Shown: positions 1-13,600 of the stretch, one piece after another
Position numbering within the stretch: position 1 is the stretch's first letter
Layout of the letters: every line of letters begins with the position of its first letter
NCBI RefSeq assembly: GCF_030684315.1
Contig: NC_081396.1
Span: forward strand, 1,488,001-1,552,000
From: Stegostoma tigrinum
Lineage: Eukaryota
DNA: 64,000 nucleotides
Direction of reading: 5' to 3'
Made by a program: the position numbers and the translations under genes
Notes under the pieces: model-generated
Seen by the model: the letters and a program-made list of their open reading frames with translations, nothing else
Database searches by the model: none
Told to the model about the DNA's origin: nothing

Positions 1-426
1 CATCCAGTTTCTTGGAGTACCTCCAACATAACTGCCTTATGTATCTTTGATATTAATAGTTCGAATAACTGGTGTACAAGCCTATGGATGGTGATGTCTG
101 AGTCTATGAAATTCGGTCCTTCAACAGTTCAGGTCTGCAACACCTGTGGAAAACCTCTTCTAACCTGAATATTTGCTATAGACTACAAATCCCTCTCACC
201 TTGTTATATCTTTCACACTCAAATTTGCTTCTCCACGTGTAATCATTGGAGGAATTTCCATACCTAACCTGACATAAAGAATAATTGCAATCCGTATAAT
301 GATGTAAAATTCATCTGCAAAAATATTACTTCACGTTGATACACCAGTATTCAACATTCCATTAAATACTTGGGAATTAATTTTAATACTTTTGAAAACA
401 AACCCTGATATTCAATCAGACGTAAG

Positions 427-520
427 TGGAACAGCAGATGCTGGAGAATTCAAGATAAGAAAGTATAGAGCTAGATGAACACAGCAGGCCAAGCAGCATC
501 ATGGAGGCAGGAAGGCTGTT
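427..520 (-). mobile_element. Penelope-like element terminal (pLTR) fragment
   Basis: Reverse complement of the recurrent tail 'gatgctgcttggcctgctgtgttcatc...attctccagcatctgc', also at 1441-1575, 22712-22890, 27445-27572 and 51466-51590. Confidence 0.7.
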
Positions 521-849
521 GAGAGAATTTCAGTGGTGTTCAAACAAATAGCTTATTCATAATCATAGAATAGGTACACGGCAGTTCATATTCTAGCAAT
601 TAAAGAAAACGTTTTCATTTCACACACTATAACATATTGAACAATGTCTCTTAATGTGCGGGTGACCACCACCATTCAACAGAACACAATGTAATATCAT
701 TCAATTCACTGAGATATTCGGGGAACTAGTTGAAATCCCGTACTCTTATCTAGTGATGTGTATGTGTAAACCTTACCCCAATCCTGAAAGGAAAGAAACA
801 GTTTACCAAACATTTCAAACACGGATCTTATTTTGGATCCACGACTTAC

Positions 850-919
850 CAGGTGCACCAATAATAGCGATGATAGGATAAAAAATGGCAAAGATCAGTC
901 CATTTGGTGGATCGTGCAT
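850..919 (-). CDS. GPR139-like GPCR paralog 1, coding exon 1 (exon 2 lies left of the window)
   Basis: ATG at 919 gives MHDPPNGLIFAIFYPIIAIIGAP+G. The exon is 70 nt with a phase-1 GTAAGT donor at 849-844. Same length, phase and homologous peptide as the exon 1 copies at 17792-17861 and 56051-56120. Confidence 0.85.
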
Positions 920-990
920 TGCCGTTGAAAAACACAAAAAATGTTCAGTGTTGCCGAATTTTGTCCTGCTACACATTGAGGTATCCCTCA

Positions 991-1025
991 TTTATTCCGA
1001 TTGAGTGTCTCCAGAGGCATAATTA
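991..1025 (-). promoter_or_regulatory. Conserved GPCR promoter cassette (homeodomain-like + O/E-like + TATA-like)
   Basis: Minus strand reads TAATTA-TG-CCTCTGGAGA-(11 nt)-AATAAA, 72 nt before the ATG. The first 18 nt are 17/18 identical to 17685-17702. Confidence 0.7.
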
Positions 1026-1440
1026 AGCTCTGACGTTTATTTATTTACAGTTTGCTGAAGAAACAGGCTAACACACATTGTTATGCCAGAAACTTGAAAC
1101 ATCAGTAAGATGACTGATGTGATTAAAGACATCCAGACTTGTTAGCAAAGTAAGTACTCTATTTGCCTGAATGATTCGACTGGAAATTTCAACTACTTTA
1201 TGCCTAATCCGGGCATAAACTCACATAGGTTTTTTGTACCACCTTGACAATCTTTCATTTCGTTGACTACCAACTAAGTAACAAGCACAGTCTTAAAATA
1301 GTCAAAATATTTGCGCCCACTCCTTTATGAGGAGGACAGTAGCAAAACATTATGATACTGAGAAAAAAAATGTATCATCAACTTTCGTTCTAAAAAAGGC
1401 GACTCCTATTTTAAAACAATGCTCCCCAACTGTACTAACC

Positions 1441-1575
1441 AAGTGTGAAACTGGATGAACTCAGCCTGAAACGTCAGCTTTTGTGCTCCTGAGATGCTGC
1501 TTGGCCTGCTGCGTTCATCCAGCTCACACTTGGTTATCTTGGATTCTCCAGCATCTGCAGTTCCCATCATCTCTC
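1441..1575 (+). mobile_element. Penelope pLTR fragment with short inverted 5' piece
   Basis: 'gaaacgtcagcttttgtgctcctgagatgctgcttggcc...' tail; the 5' 'aagtgtgaaactggatgaac' is an inverted copy of the internal 'gttcatccagctcacactt'. Confidence 0.7.
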
Positions 1576-1865
1576 CCCAACTGTGGTGTCTCCCACACGA
1601 GAAAATGGGTATTCCAGTCTAACACCGCTGTAGATGTCTAAAAATTGCATATGCATTCTGTCAACTCTCACTCTTCCAAAAAGTTGATTTTTTTCAGGCT
1701 TCTGAACTCAGGTTCTCCCTTCAGGATGATTGGTTTCAAGATTTTGCTCCATTTTGTTACTGTCGATGCTTCTGACATGCCTTCTCTGATGATTTCTCTG
1801 CCCCTCCCCCAGTCTACCAGGTAGTTCAATGTCATGAGACCCATGAAAGATAATAACTTGCATAT

Positions 1866-1960
1866 CTATAAGATATAACAACGTGTAGAGCTGGGTGAAC
1901 ACTGCAGGGCAAGCAGCATCAGAGGGGCATCAAGACTGACGTTTTGGGCATAGACCAAAG
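1866..1960 (-). mobile_element. Penelope pLTR fragment
   Basis: 'gtgtagagctgggtgaacactgcagggcaagcagcatcagag...ctgacgttttgggcatagacc' is a decayed reverse copy of the same tail. Confidence 0.6.
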
Positions 1961-3514
1961 CATAGAACTCAAACCATAGACCTCATTTACCAAACGGTCG
2001 CGTCAACAGGAGACAAATGTATCCATCTTCAAAGCATCAGTCTTATTTTATCTTTTTCATTGCAACTACAGTGGCCAAAATAGCCTTTAACATCAGTCAA
2101 TTATTAAGTTTAGCAGTCAGCTTCCACTTCCTTTCACAGCAATCTGATCTGGTATGTGAATAAATTTATCAAAATTTCCCATCAAACTTATCGAGGTTCA
2201 ACTGTTGGCCATAGGGCCACATTACCCATACAATTGGAGTGACTTGCATTGTATTAATCATCCCTTAGGAAAACAAAACAAAAAAAAACTGAAATGACCA
2301 AATTAAGTTAGACCCAACCTCTTAAGGGATCCGATAAAAAAAAATCATAGCTTTTGATAAATGTTCAGATGTGAAGGCTGTCAATGGTTAAGGAAAGAAA
2401 ACAAACCATCACATGAAGAAGCACTGACGTTCGTGAAATTCACAACAGTATCAAAAGAGAAATTGCCTCTCCTGGTCTATTTTATAAGATTTGCAATCAT
2501 CAGTGTTGAATTCCGACTCCACTGATAAAAGACATGATCAAAATCGAACAACAGTTGGAAATTTTGAACAGCCCAGAACTGTTTTCTCTGAAATGTCTTG
2601 CCTTTATAAATGATATTCCAGAGAAATATCTGACATTAGTTTAATCGAAAAAATAGAATGCACGAGGAGGCAATGGTTTCTCTCTATTGAACTGTTGCAA
2701 TTTGAAATTGTCAGACTCTTTTAAATCCACGTCACCAAAATAATAAAACCACTGTGGAATTTGCTGTATCTGAATCCATCCGCCATCAGACAGGCGTTTG
2801 AGCCAATTCACATAATGGCCCATTATAAAAGCAAATGTCACGAAGTGACGGATGCTTACTTTGAAATGAAATAGCCTGAAATAATTCTCAGAAAATTAAG
2901 ATAGAACAAGATTGTGTCCCTGATCGGTGGAAAGACAAATAGATGCAAACATAGACTGGAGCTACACTGTGGTGATAAAATGCAGCAGAAAGCAGACATT
3001 AGTTCATAAAAATGCTAAAATTGTCATGAGAGGTTGCAAAATGAAGCATATGGAACCCTGAGATATATTAAGCGGGACATTGCGTACAAACCAAAGAAAT
3101 TATGCTAAATTTGTAGAACATACTTTCACTCCAACTGGAATATTAGGTCGAGATCTGGACAAGATCATTTAGGACTGAATGTGTGAAGGCAAGATAGAAG
3201 ATGCATGAAGGTCAGCAGGAATTATTTCAGGTTCCTGGGAGTTCAAGTTCGCACAAGTACAACATTTTTTTCCGAATAGAAGAGAGGGTTGGGTGGTGGG
3301 AGGGGGAAAGATTTGAAGAGATGTTTTAAAATGATGAGGAGTCTGAATACAGCAGAGAAAGTTAAACGACTCCCATTGCTGGAAGGAGCAGCATTATTGT
3401 TGATGCTGGAATCTAATCTGAAGACAAGAGAAAAATGCTTGAGATCGCAGCAGATCAGGCAGCATACATGGAGAAACAGAGAGTTAACATTTCGAAACTA
3501 GGTAGCTCTCTTTC

Positions 3515-3810
3515 TATCCTTGGTTAGAACTGCTGCCTCCCTGCACCAGTAATCCAAATTCAATGTTTCCCTTGGGCGGCTGTCTCTGTGTAGTTTGCAC
3601 ATTCTCCCTGTGTCTGCGAGAAATTACTCTGGGCACAGTGATTTACTCCCATAGTCCAAATTGCCTGTCGTGACTAGGATGGTGAACGTACAGTAACCGT
3701 GGGAATTGCAGGATCACAGGATAAGGTATGGGTTTGGTGCGAAGCTCTTAGACGAACCAATATAAATTCAATGGACCGAATGACCTTCTTACACACTGTC
3801 GGAACTCTTT
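3515..3810 (+). mobile_element. HE1-like tRNA-derived SINE (decayed)
   Basis: 'ggttagaactgctgcctc...ctgtgtagtttgcacattctccctgtgtctgcg...cccatagtccaaa' with a LINE-derived tail 'atggaccgaatgaccttcttacacactgt'. Confidence 0.65.
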
Positions 3811-5829
3811 TTGTAAAAAAAACAGTTTCACAGAATGTTTCCAAAACATAATTGGATATGTTCAATACAGGTTAAATATGTCAAGTTCTGCATGAAGAGA
3901 AATCGTATTGTAATTTCAGAGATGAGGGACATGGGCAAAGTGATTAATTTACAAATATTTCATTTTAAAGTAGTATTTCCATTTTACTTGATGAAAGGTA
4001 AAGTCCATTCTACTTTCAGTAAGATATTTTCTATCCATCATGCGTGAGTGTGATTAAGCTGGATTTTCTCATGCTCAGTGGAAGATTCAGTAGGAATGGC
4101 AGATTTAGTGAAACAAACTGTCAATTGTCAAAAATATACACTTTTTTTATTTGTCATCTTAATATGTTATGAGAGTACTGCCTAACAGCCGTTCAATTTT
4201 TTTATGCTCCTTCATCAAGGTAGCCGTTTACATTTACACTTCACATTCATTAAAAGTTACATTTTAATTTTGTTTCATTTCAGAACCTAATTTCGTTTGT
4301 TTGAAGTCTTTTCCAAAGTGGGAACTTGGCTCACAAAAATCCAATTTTCAGTTTGTTACAGCTTGTGTTGATTCTGCTGTAGTTTCATTGTTACTCACGA
4401 GGGAAAGAAGCTTCTGAATCTCTGGGATCTTCAAGTCAGGACAATTCTGTTTCTCCTCCACGTACTTTGCACTTCTGCATTTTACGTTATATAGAATTTT
4501 CAGGAACAGGACTGGCTAACTGGACCTAAATTGAACACGACCAGTGTATGCACTCCAGACGAATTGTTCTCCACGCTTGCAATAATAAAATACTTCCACA
4601 CAAAGTGCCATGCTCTTAAATTCCTTTCTTCACCTTGAAATTTTCCTCAGCCTGAAAATTGCATCATTTCCTCCAGCTCCTGTGCTTCATTTATCAATGA
4701 GCTCTGAAACCGAACGGGTCGTCCCTTTTCTTTAAAAATAAGAGTCTCATTAATTTGTCGGTTTGTTCTGTTATTGAACATATGAATTCATAGCTCTTTG
4801 CTTTGCACTCAAATGCAAAATGACGGTCTTCCATACTTACCTCTTTGAACCCATGAATGAAGTAAAATGTTTCAGTGAATTTTGTTTACGACTGCTTCTC
4901 TTCCATTGGAAAGTGGAGCTGTCTTGTCGAACTCTTCAGGTTAGCACGTAGCGTTATGTAACTCTTTTTCAGCCACACAGGGAAGAGAAATCTTGCCAGA
5001 GCTGGCCAACAGAACGTGAATCATGTCAGGATATTTCACCTTACAACCTGCTTTGATTTTACAATAATTATGGCTGACGCTTGACCAGATTACCACCACA
5101 GTTAATTAAAAAAACATATTTCTTTATTATTCATTAATTGGATATGAAAAGCATTATCCAGGCCAGTGCTTATTGTCTTTCACTAATTGCCATGGAGAAG
5201 GTGTGGGAATGAACAGCCTAATTCAACAACTGTAGACCTCAGGCAGAAGCACACCATAACGTCTGCTTGGAAGGATGTTCAAAGGTTTTGACCCAGACAT
5301 TGTGAAGGACATTTTGTTTCTTTTTCTTTTGCTTCCCAACAAGTCTATATTTCAATGTTTAACATGTCATGATTAGTTGTTACATATACTCACGAATGTT
5401 CAAAAATCCCGTGGTCTTTTTACAAGAATTAATGAACTAATAGTTAAGGTTAAATAAAAAAAGAAAGAGCCCGACTATATTAATTTATAGTCTGTTAAAA
5501 ACAATGACATTAATCTTTTGAGACGTCTTTAATTTATTTATGGAATGCGGCCAAAGGGGGTCTTTTATTCTGTATCTATTGCGACATGTAAGCCACACTG
5601 TGTGAGGATGGCTGATTTGCTTCCCTGTGTACACTATTGAAACATACTTTTTTTATTTGCTTACAATCATAGCAATGTGGTAGCCATTAAACCTTTGTTT
5701 TAAAAAGACTTTTGCTGAAATAATTCAAAATTCACCTTGTTTAGATCCACCCCAAATCTCCATAGCATGAGGCTTGGCTTTCACATAGCAAATACAATGA
5801 AAATGCTGTAACTCTGCTGGTTCCCCTCA

Positions 5830-6075
5830 ACTGTGACTCTAAATGGAACACTTTACTCTGTCTTGACAGACGCATCATGCGTACCAACAAAGATCTAAAT
5901 GTATTCTACACCGTTCAGCGTGACACATTTCTGTATTTTGTGAAATGATTCTCTGCTAGCGCGGACAATGTCTGGAGAAGTCTTAAGTCACCGGTGCTTG
6001 TGTGTGTGTCTCGATCGTGTATGATATACATTAGGTTTCACACTAGTCCACAGTGGGCTCTGCTCTTCCAAAGCC
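5830..6075 (+). pseudogene. Highly decayed TCR V-segment relic A
   Basis: Remnants of LY..(R)Q, 'ttc tct gct' (FSA) and 'gtg tat gat..aca tta ggt tt', then CACACTA (6039-6045) at the heptamer position and nonamer-like TCCAAAGCC 21 nt later. Confidence 0.4.
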
Positions 6076-6252
6076 AAGAAAGAACTCTCAACTCCTTCTT
6101 GATTCATTTAGCCAATGTGGGTGTCGCTGATGTAGCAGTTTGTTATCTCTTTCCAATTGCTAAAGAGCGAAAAGCAAACAAGTGTTGGGCTGATCTGGAT
6201 TCACCTTGACAGAAGCATGGTTTATATCCTGCTCCCAAAAATAAAACTGCAA

Positions 6253-6382
6253 NNNNNNNNNNNNNNNNNNNNNNNNNNNNNNNNNNNNNNNNNNNNNNNN
6301 NNNNNNNNNNNNNNNNNNNNNNNNNNNNNNNNNNNNNNNNNNNNNNNNNNNNNNNNNNNNNNNNNNNNNNNNNNNNNNNNNN
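6253..6382. other. Assembly gap
   Basis: Run of N. Confidence 1.
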
Positions 6383-7081
6383 CAGTCTTGAGTTGTAATT
6401 GATCAGGAGAAAGAACTAACCTTGATTATTAACGGGGCACAGGTGTAACACGATTCGATTGTTTAGTGTGATTTTATGCTTTGATAGTCAACACCATCCC
6501 GGATATATGCAAGGAGATATAAGCACACGATGACAATATTCTGACTGACCACAGTAAAACAAAAATAAAATCAAAAACTCACTAGACTAGAAAAACATCC
6601 CCTGGCTGACAGAACTGATCAATTATTTAAATTTTAATGACACTAAAAAGAAAACAAAAGAAATCAATTTTCAAGTCCCTGTCTTTTGAATCTGTTTTAT
6701 TATAAACCTCCAAACAATCGCTAAAATGAACCAGCAATACTGAATAGACTTGAAATCTTTCTATAAATGGCTCGTCTGTCAGTCTTCGATGTCCATTCAT
6801 TTCGGGAGATGCTTTATTGTGCATTTGTCGCCATATGTAAGCCACATTCTGTGAGGGTGGCAGATTTGCTTCCTTAAATACATCAGCGAACCATATATTA
6901 ATTTCTGGCTTTTGTTCGTATTAGTAATGTTGCCAATGGAACTTCTTTTTTGAGAAAAAAAATCATGCTTAGTAATATAATTCAAAACTCACCTTGGTTA
7001 GATCCACCTCACATCTGCAATGCATTAAGCTTGGTTTTTGCATGGTGAACACAGTTACAGCACAACGACTCTCCTGCTTCT

Positions 7082-7332
7082 TTCCACTGTGACATCAAAT
7101 GGATCGCTATACGCTGCGTCAACAGATGTTTCATGGATTCCAGCAATGATCTGAAGATATTCTCGAGCAGTCAGAGCATTACATCTCCATTTTGTCTAGA
7201 AAGATTCACTGCTGACTCAGCAAAGTCTGGAAATCTCTTCAGTGGCTGGTACTCTTCTGTCTATCTCGATTGTGTATTACTCTACCTTATGTTTGACACG
7301 AACCCTTAAATGCAGTCAATACTTCCAAACCC
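7082..7332 (+). pseudogene. Highly decayed TCR V-segment relic B
   Basis: 'aga ttc act gct gac' (RFTAD) and 'ctg tct atc tcg att gtg tat tac tct acc tta', close to LSDSAVYYCAL codons; then gacacga + 22 nt + TCCAAACCC as a degenerate RSS. Confidence 0.45.
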
Positions 7333-9879
7333 AACAAAAAGGGCTCTCAAAACATTTTTGATTCCTCTATCCGATGTGAGTGTCGCTGATATAACTGTTT
7401 CTTATCCTTTCCAAACTACCAAAGACAGAGAACATTTAACACCTAATCTGGATTCGCCACGACAAGCTGATAGTTCATAATATGTTCCCAAATGTAAAAG
7501 TGAATCCGAGATGTGTTATCTTAAAAACAACAGCTCAATTTGGAAGTGTCTTGGAGTGTAACTCATCAGAAGAATAAAACCGCCTTTATCTTTAACTGGG
7601 GACGGCCTGTGACACATAGGAAATTAAACTGATTTACAACAGATGGAATCCTGCCAAACAGATATAGCCCCACAAATGGCAGTGTTCGTATTGACATGAG
7701 TTTAAAAAATCAACAACTCACTAGACTGTAAAGACATTGCCAGACTGACTGGACTGATCAATTAATTCTGCTTTAATAACAGTTAAATCAAAACCTTACT
7801 TTTTTAGTCCATATCTGTTGAAATTGTTCTTTCTGAGCCTCTGAACAATCAGTAAAATCGACCAGCAAAACCAACCAGAACTGACATCTTCATAAAAACG
7901 ACTTTTCTTTTTGTTCAGGAAAGAGTGCTTAAAACAGAAATTCGGATCGAAATGAAACCTCATTAAAACAAAACTACCGCCAAACATACAATTCAGAATC
8001 CTGACGCCAGGAATTTCTAATTTAATTTTAGAAAGTTATATTGCAGGATACTCTCCACTCTGACACTTCATTTTTCTTTCAGTGACGGCATATAAAACTG
8101 AATACAAAATCCCCAGCATTAAGCAGGATGAGAGACTGTGGTGTAATCTGGGGACTTCATGGTTCTCCATTCCACTTGTTAGAGAATACGTTGTGAGAGC
8201 ATTGTGACTAGAGCCAGTCATTACATTGTGAATTCACTGACACAATCACAGGGAAGACTTGAACTTTCACAGGCATTCTGTATTTTTAGTCCTCAGCATA
8301 TTACATGTAATAAATTGCTCTGATCATGGCTCAGGCTGTTGGGTAGGTCGTGTGATGCAGACAACATGGGATCCACAGTAACCTGCAATGGAATGCTTTA
8401 AATTCTGAAAAAAGTTGATGCGATCATTTCACATCACAGTAATCAGTAGGTAAATAAATAAACCAGAACAACAACGGATGCAGGCGTCCTGAGCTATCAA
8501 ATCACTAGTTTATAGTGTAAAAATATGTATTTTTAAGTGTTCACAACAAAATATTGTCGATATACAATATGTTAAATTCAGGGATCACATCCAGGCAGAT
8601 GACGACAGTAGAGGCAAAGAATAATCTCTCTCTACCTCATTTAAACAAATGATCCCCCGCCTAACCCCTTCAATGGTTTCAATTTGCAATAATATTGAAA
8701 ATCGATATTCATTGATTTATTAGGCTCTAATATTCAGAGTTCGCAATTGCAGTGACACAGAATGAAACAATCAGCGAAAGGACACAGAACACTGAGGGAA
8801 ATCTGTGTTTAGCCTTGGATATAACGTTTAAAGCCTAAAACTATTGAACGCATATATTGTTTGCAAACAGGGCCTAACACAGAAACGTACACTCATCAAG
8901 AAACCCTCGGGGCAGGGGCTGTGTTAAGTCTACAAAATGTAGGATAGGAAAAGAGATGGTCACCATTGCAGGAAGTACATATAGATGTCGCCATAAACGA
9001 TAGAAGGGAAGGGAACTCCTGGACAACAGCTGGTCACAAAAACAGGGCACATTCTATGTCAAACCAACGAGGGTAAATCTACTGCTCACAGGCGTGGCGG
9101 TCAGAATTTCATGGAAGCATTGAGTGAACATCAAATTTTCAATTGACTTTACAATCAAACTAAAATAAGAATCTCACCATAACACCAAAGAAATGTCTCA
9201 ATTTGGGCGTCACTGATATTTTGGCCAAATGCATCACAGCGTCGTCCTAAGCAAAAAAATGTTTATAACCACCATTTGTTCCAAAACGCAACTGTGTGCT
9301 AAAACATCTAACTAAATTTGAACCACTTTTCCTGCCTCAAAACACTTGATACGTGCTGTATTCGTCATATCACGATCGAAAAATATAATTATAACCGAGA
9401 AACACAGGAAGGATTTGTAGGGATTTGTCAGGGCTGGAAAACGAACGATGAGAAAAGTTCGATTGATCTGTGTTTCTTCCTTGGATCTGAAGAGTTTGAG
9501 GGGAAATTTGCTTGTCGTGTTCCATTCGTTTGAGTGAATTGAAGAAAGTTATTTTATTGCCCTATATGTAGTGGCTCGGGGACAACAATATAAATTCATT
9601 TATACAGGTGATGAAGGGAGATGATTTTTTTAAATCCAGAAAATGCAAGTGCTCTGGAACTCTACATAAATAACAGATGAAGAAAGTTTCAAAACGTGTA
9701 ACAACGGTATACACCTTAAATCCTCAACCTCAAACGTTTGTTTTCTATAAGCTATGCTGAGAGTTTCTTCTTGTAGTTCTTGAAATAAAACAAATCGAAA
9801 TTAAGTTCTCCCAGCACCATGTTTGAGCAGGAATATTGTGGAATCAAGACAATTTCTAATTTTCTTGAGAAGCGTTGTT

Positions 9880-10675
9880 ACTCGGGTTTTGGATCCTGTG
9901 GTCCATTCGCTCATCGAGCTGATATGGTAGTTCCCAGACGTTTCAATACCCTGCTTCGTAACATCATTAGTGCAACCTCAAATGAGGCATTGTTGTGTTC
10001 TTCCATCTGGTATTTAAACTCTGGGATTTGTTGCAATTGGTTACTTCATTTCTGTTTTCGTTTTTAATTCGCAGTGGTGTATAGATAATTCTAACTGTAT
10101 ATGTTTCTAGAAGTTCTAGAAATTCATGGGCTTGTCTTGGTTAGGCCTGTCCTAGGAACCTGATGTTGTCCCGATCAAACTAGTGGTTCCAAAGGTCCTT
10201 TACCCAATATAGACAGAACCATTGTAATATAAAAGACCCTATACAAAGACTGCAACAAACATTACATTGACCAGACAGGAAGGAAACTGGCCACAAGAAT
10301 AAATGAACAACAAATAGCAACAAAAAGACATGACAAGTCCTCACTCCTCTCCATTCACATTGATAAGCAGAGCCAACACCTCGATTGGGACAACATCAAG
10401 ATCCGAGTACAGGCCAAACAGAGACAAGCACGGGAATTTCTAGAGGCTTTGTTGTCTTCCATAAAGGCCATCAATTAACACGTAGAATTAGACACAACAT
10501 ATACACCACTGTGTAGATAAAACGGAAATGTGGTAACCAATTCCAATGAAATCCAGATGTCAATTACCTGGCTGGAAAACACAACTACCCTTCATCGGAG
10601 TCTGCACTGATGATATTACCCAGCAGGGTAAGGAAATGTTTGTGGACTGATGAACCAGCTTGTCAAGCGAACGAA
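9880..10675 (+). mobile_element. Penelope-like element fragment (GIY-YIG endonuclease relic, inverted arm, hammerhead tail)
   Basis: 10225-10320 is a decayed 'VIYK.P.KDCNKHYI.QTGRKLATRI.E' motif. CTGATGA-tattaccc-agca-gggtaag-GAAA at 10607-10636. 9880-10200 is an inverted copy of the 3' part. Confidence 0.7.
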
Positions 10676-10699
10676 ACAGAGCTCTAGAATTTCAGCTAA

Positions 10700-13600
10700 G
10701 TGCAGGTGTTTATTAGATTATTCTTCGCTGGAAAATAATTAAGGGGCGACAATGGCAATTGTTGGAGTCCTAAACTGTTCCTTTCAGATGTGGAATATTA
10801 GGGAAAATATAGCCCCAGAAGGCTACATTTGCAAAAAAGTGTGTTGGATGCGGCTCATATCAGGCCATGTGGATCGGCTGCTGAAGCTGTGGGAATCTCT
10901 GAGGCACGTACAGTAGGAACCAGAGTGGGATGGTTAGGAGATTAAGAGAGGTGGTCACAGCGGATAAAATCACATAGGTGAGTGACTGTCAAGAGAAGTA
11001 AGAAAGTTTACCGGAGTTTTCAGTGGGTATGCCTCTCTAAAACAAATCGAGCATTTAGGATACTGTTGAGGGTAGGATTATCTCTCACAGGAAAAATATC
11101 AATGCCAACTAGTCTTGGATGCGACAACTGGATCCTCGGAGAAGCGGGGTTTGTGAAGTGTCAAATGAGCAATTGTCAAAGGAGATAGTCAGAGGCAGTG
11201 ACAGAAGTCTCTGTCGTCCTTGTGATACTTCAGGATGATGTGTGCCTGTCTTGCGCCCGCATCAAGGATGTCTCAGAGCAGCCAGGCGTTATCATGCGCT
11301 TTGGTGCGAACGACAACGACAGAGAAAGTAATCAGATACTGTCGATTGAAAATGGGAAACTGGGAAGTTGTTTAAAATACCTGGAAATTAAGGGTAGTAA
11401 TCTCTAGATTATCTCCCACACCTCGTGGCAGTGAGAATATGAATAAGAAGGTGGGCCATGTAAACGAGTGGCTGAGAAGATTGCACAATTCGGATTTTGT
11501 GGATTATTGGGATCAATTCTGGGCATGAAGTGTTAGGTCTAAAAATTGAAAACTGAAAATGAACTGTAGAGTTAATATTATCCTGGCACGGAGATTTAGT
11601 AGTGCTACTCAGGTGATGTTAAACAATGCAGAATGGGGTTCTGGGGATCCCAAACATCATTGAGTAAAGAGAGAAGAGTATGAATGCTTTAGAAGTTAAA
11701 AGGAGTAAGTTAAACAGACAAGACAGACAAAAAAATAGTACACCAGAAGATGAGCTAGCATTGAGGTAGCATTGAAGAATTAAACTCATTTATTTCAATG
11801 CAAGAATGCTGGCAGCTAAGGCGGGGTGGGAGGCTTGCGGGGTACTTGAGGCATGGATCGGACTTCGGGAAAAAGGATATTATAACTGCTACAGATACGT
11901 AGCTGACGAGGGATAGGACAGACCGCTCCATGCTCTGGGGTATGCAGGCTAAAGGAAGAAGAGAAAAAGAGGCAAAAGAGGAAGGGGTATGGTGTTTTTG
12001 ATTTGGAGAAACATTACTGCTGTAGTAAGAGAGGATATTTTTGTGGGGTTCATTCAGTGAAGTTCTATATGTGTAACAGAAAGTCAAGAAGGGGATGATC
12101 AGCTTGATGCAATCAAACTCTAGCAACCCCAATATTCAGCAGGAAAAGGAAGAGCAAGTAAATACCGAAATCTTAGATAGCTGTACGAATAATCGTGTTG
12201 TAATTGCACAGAATTTTAACTTTCCAAACATAGACAGGGATCACCATCATGTTCACGTCTTGGGTGGAGGAGAATGTGTTCAATGCTTTCATGAATTTTT
12301 TTCTTTATTAATATGTAGAAATAAATGACGGAGAAAGAGCAAATTCTGACCACCTCTTAGAAAGTGAAGCAAGGCAAGTGAGTGAAATGTTAGTGGGTGG
12401 AAATTTGTGAACAGTGATCATAATTCAACTAGTTTTGAAATAATTATGCAGAATTTATTTTTCTATAATTGACGAAGGCCAATTTTAACAAATTGAGGCA
12501 GAAGCTTCAACAAGGGACTGATATAGACTGTCCCATTATAATGTTACATCAGGCAGGCGGGAGAGTTTGGAAACTGAGGCAAAAATAATCTTTAAAAGAC
12601 GATATGTTCATGTTAGAGTGAAGGACAAGACAGGTAGGAATTCAGAATATTGGATGACTAAAGATAGTACGGTGTGAAGCTGGATGAACGCAGCAGGCCA
12701 AGCAGCATCAGAGGAGCAGGAAAGATTGGCATTTCTGGTCGAGACCCAGGATGGTGAGAGCTGTTTAGACTATGGAAAAGGAATCATATATCAGGTATAG
12801 ACAACAAGACTCAATAAATCCCTTGTGATATGTAGGCAGGGTACATAGATAACCAAAGGTAAAATAAATTACCTACAGCTGCTGGAATCCAAGGTACACA
12901 GACAGGAGGCTGGAAGAAAACAGCAGACCAGGCAGCACCTGGAGGAAAGAAGCAGTCAACATGTTTGGTCTTACCTTTCCTCAGGACTGGATATGGGGGT
13001 AAGAGGAGATAAAGATAATGTTGTCTGGGGGCTGTGAAGAGGCAGAATGTGGTGATAGCTGCACACTGGCAATAATTCCAACCTAGTTCATCGACTGCTG
13101 CATTTTCACGATTGCTTCTGATCTCAAAACCTCTGAGGTAAAATGATCTGGCCTTTGCAAAGGACGCACGTTCTTGCACCTCTGCCGCCACCTCCATGAG
13201 TTTCCTGCCCGCAACCACATGGTGCAGTATTCTGCAACCTCCATCTTCACGCCTTCTTCATTACGAAAGAATCCCAAACACTAGGGGCCCCTTCACCAGC
13301 CTCCAACTTTCCTCCTCCCCTTGGACACACCCTGCCAACCTGTTATCTGCCCTGGACCTCTTCATTGCTAACTGTCGATGAGGAATTGATCACTTTGATT
13401 TCTCCATCCTCCCCATCCACTCCAACACTAGCCCTCTGAAAGTGCAACTCCCTAGTCTGTCTGCACTAATCCCCATTTCACTGTTAAACCCAACAACAAA
13501 ATGGGGCGGTGGTCATCTGCAAGTCGCACTTCTGTATCGCAGAGACCAAATTGCAACATTCTGACACCATGTCCTATCTCTCTGATGACCATGACACGAC

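Larger units (their letters stand above)
5560..7905. repeat. Old, diverged tandem duplication (two units of ~1.15 kb: ~5560-6775 and ~6805-7905)
   Basis: Collinear matches include 'gtaagccacac/t' at ~5588/~6837, 'taattcaaaattcaccttg/taattcaaaactcaccttg', and 'aactcactagact' at ~6576/~7715. Each unit is a SINE relic plus a V-segment relic. Confidence 0.75.

Noticed and set aside
706-891. 61-aa ORF on the minus strand
   Set aside because: Wrong frame over GPCR exon 1, running into the intron; the true exon is 850-919.
6049-6055. Perfect CACAGTG heptamer (others near 23670, 40618 and 44418)
   Set aside because: Nonamer matches are 5/9 or worse at canonical spacing; isolated heptamers are expected by chance.
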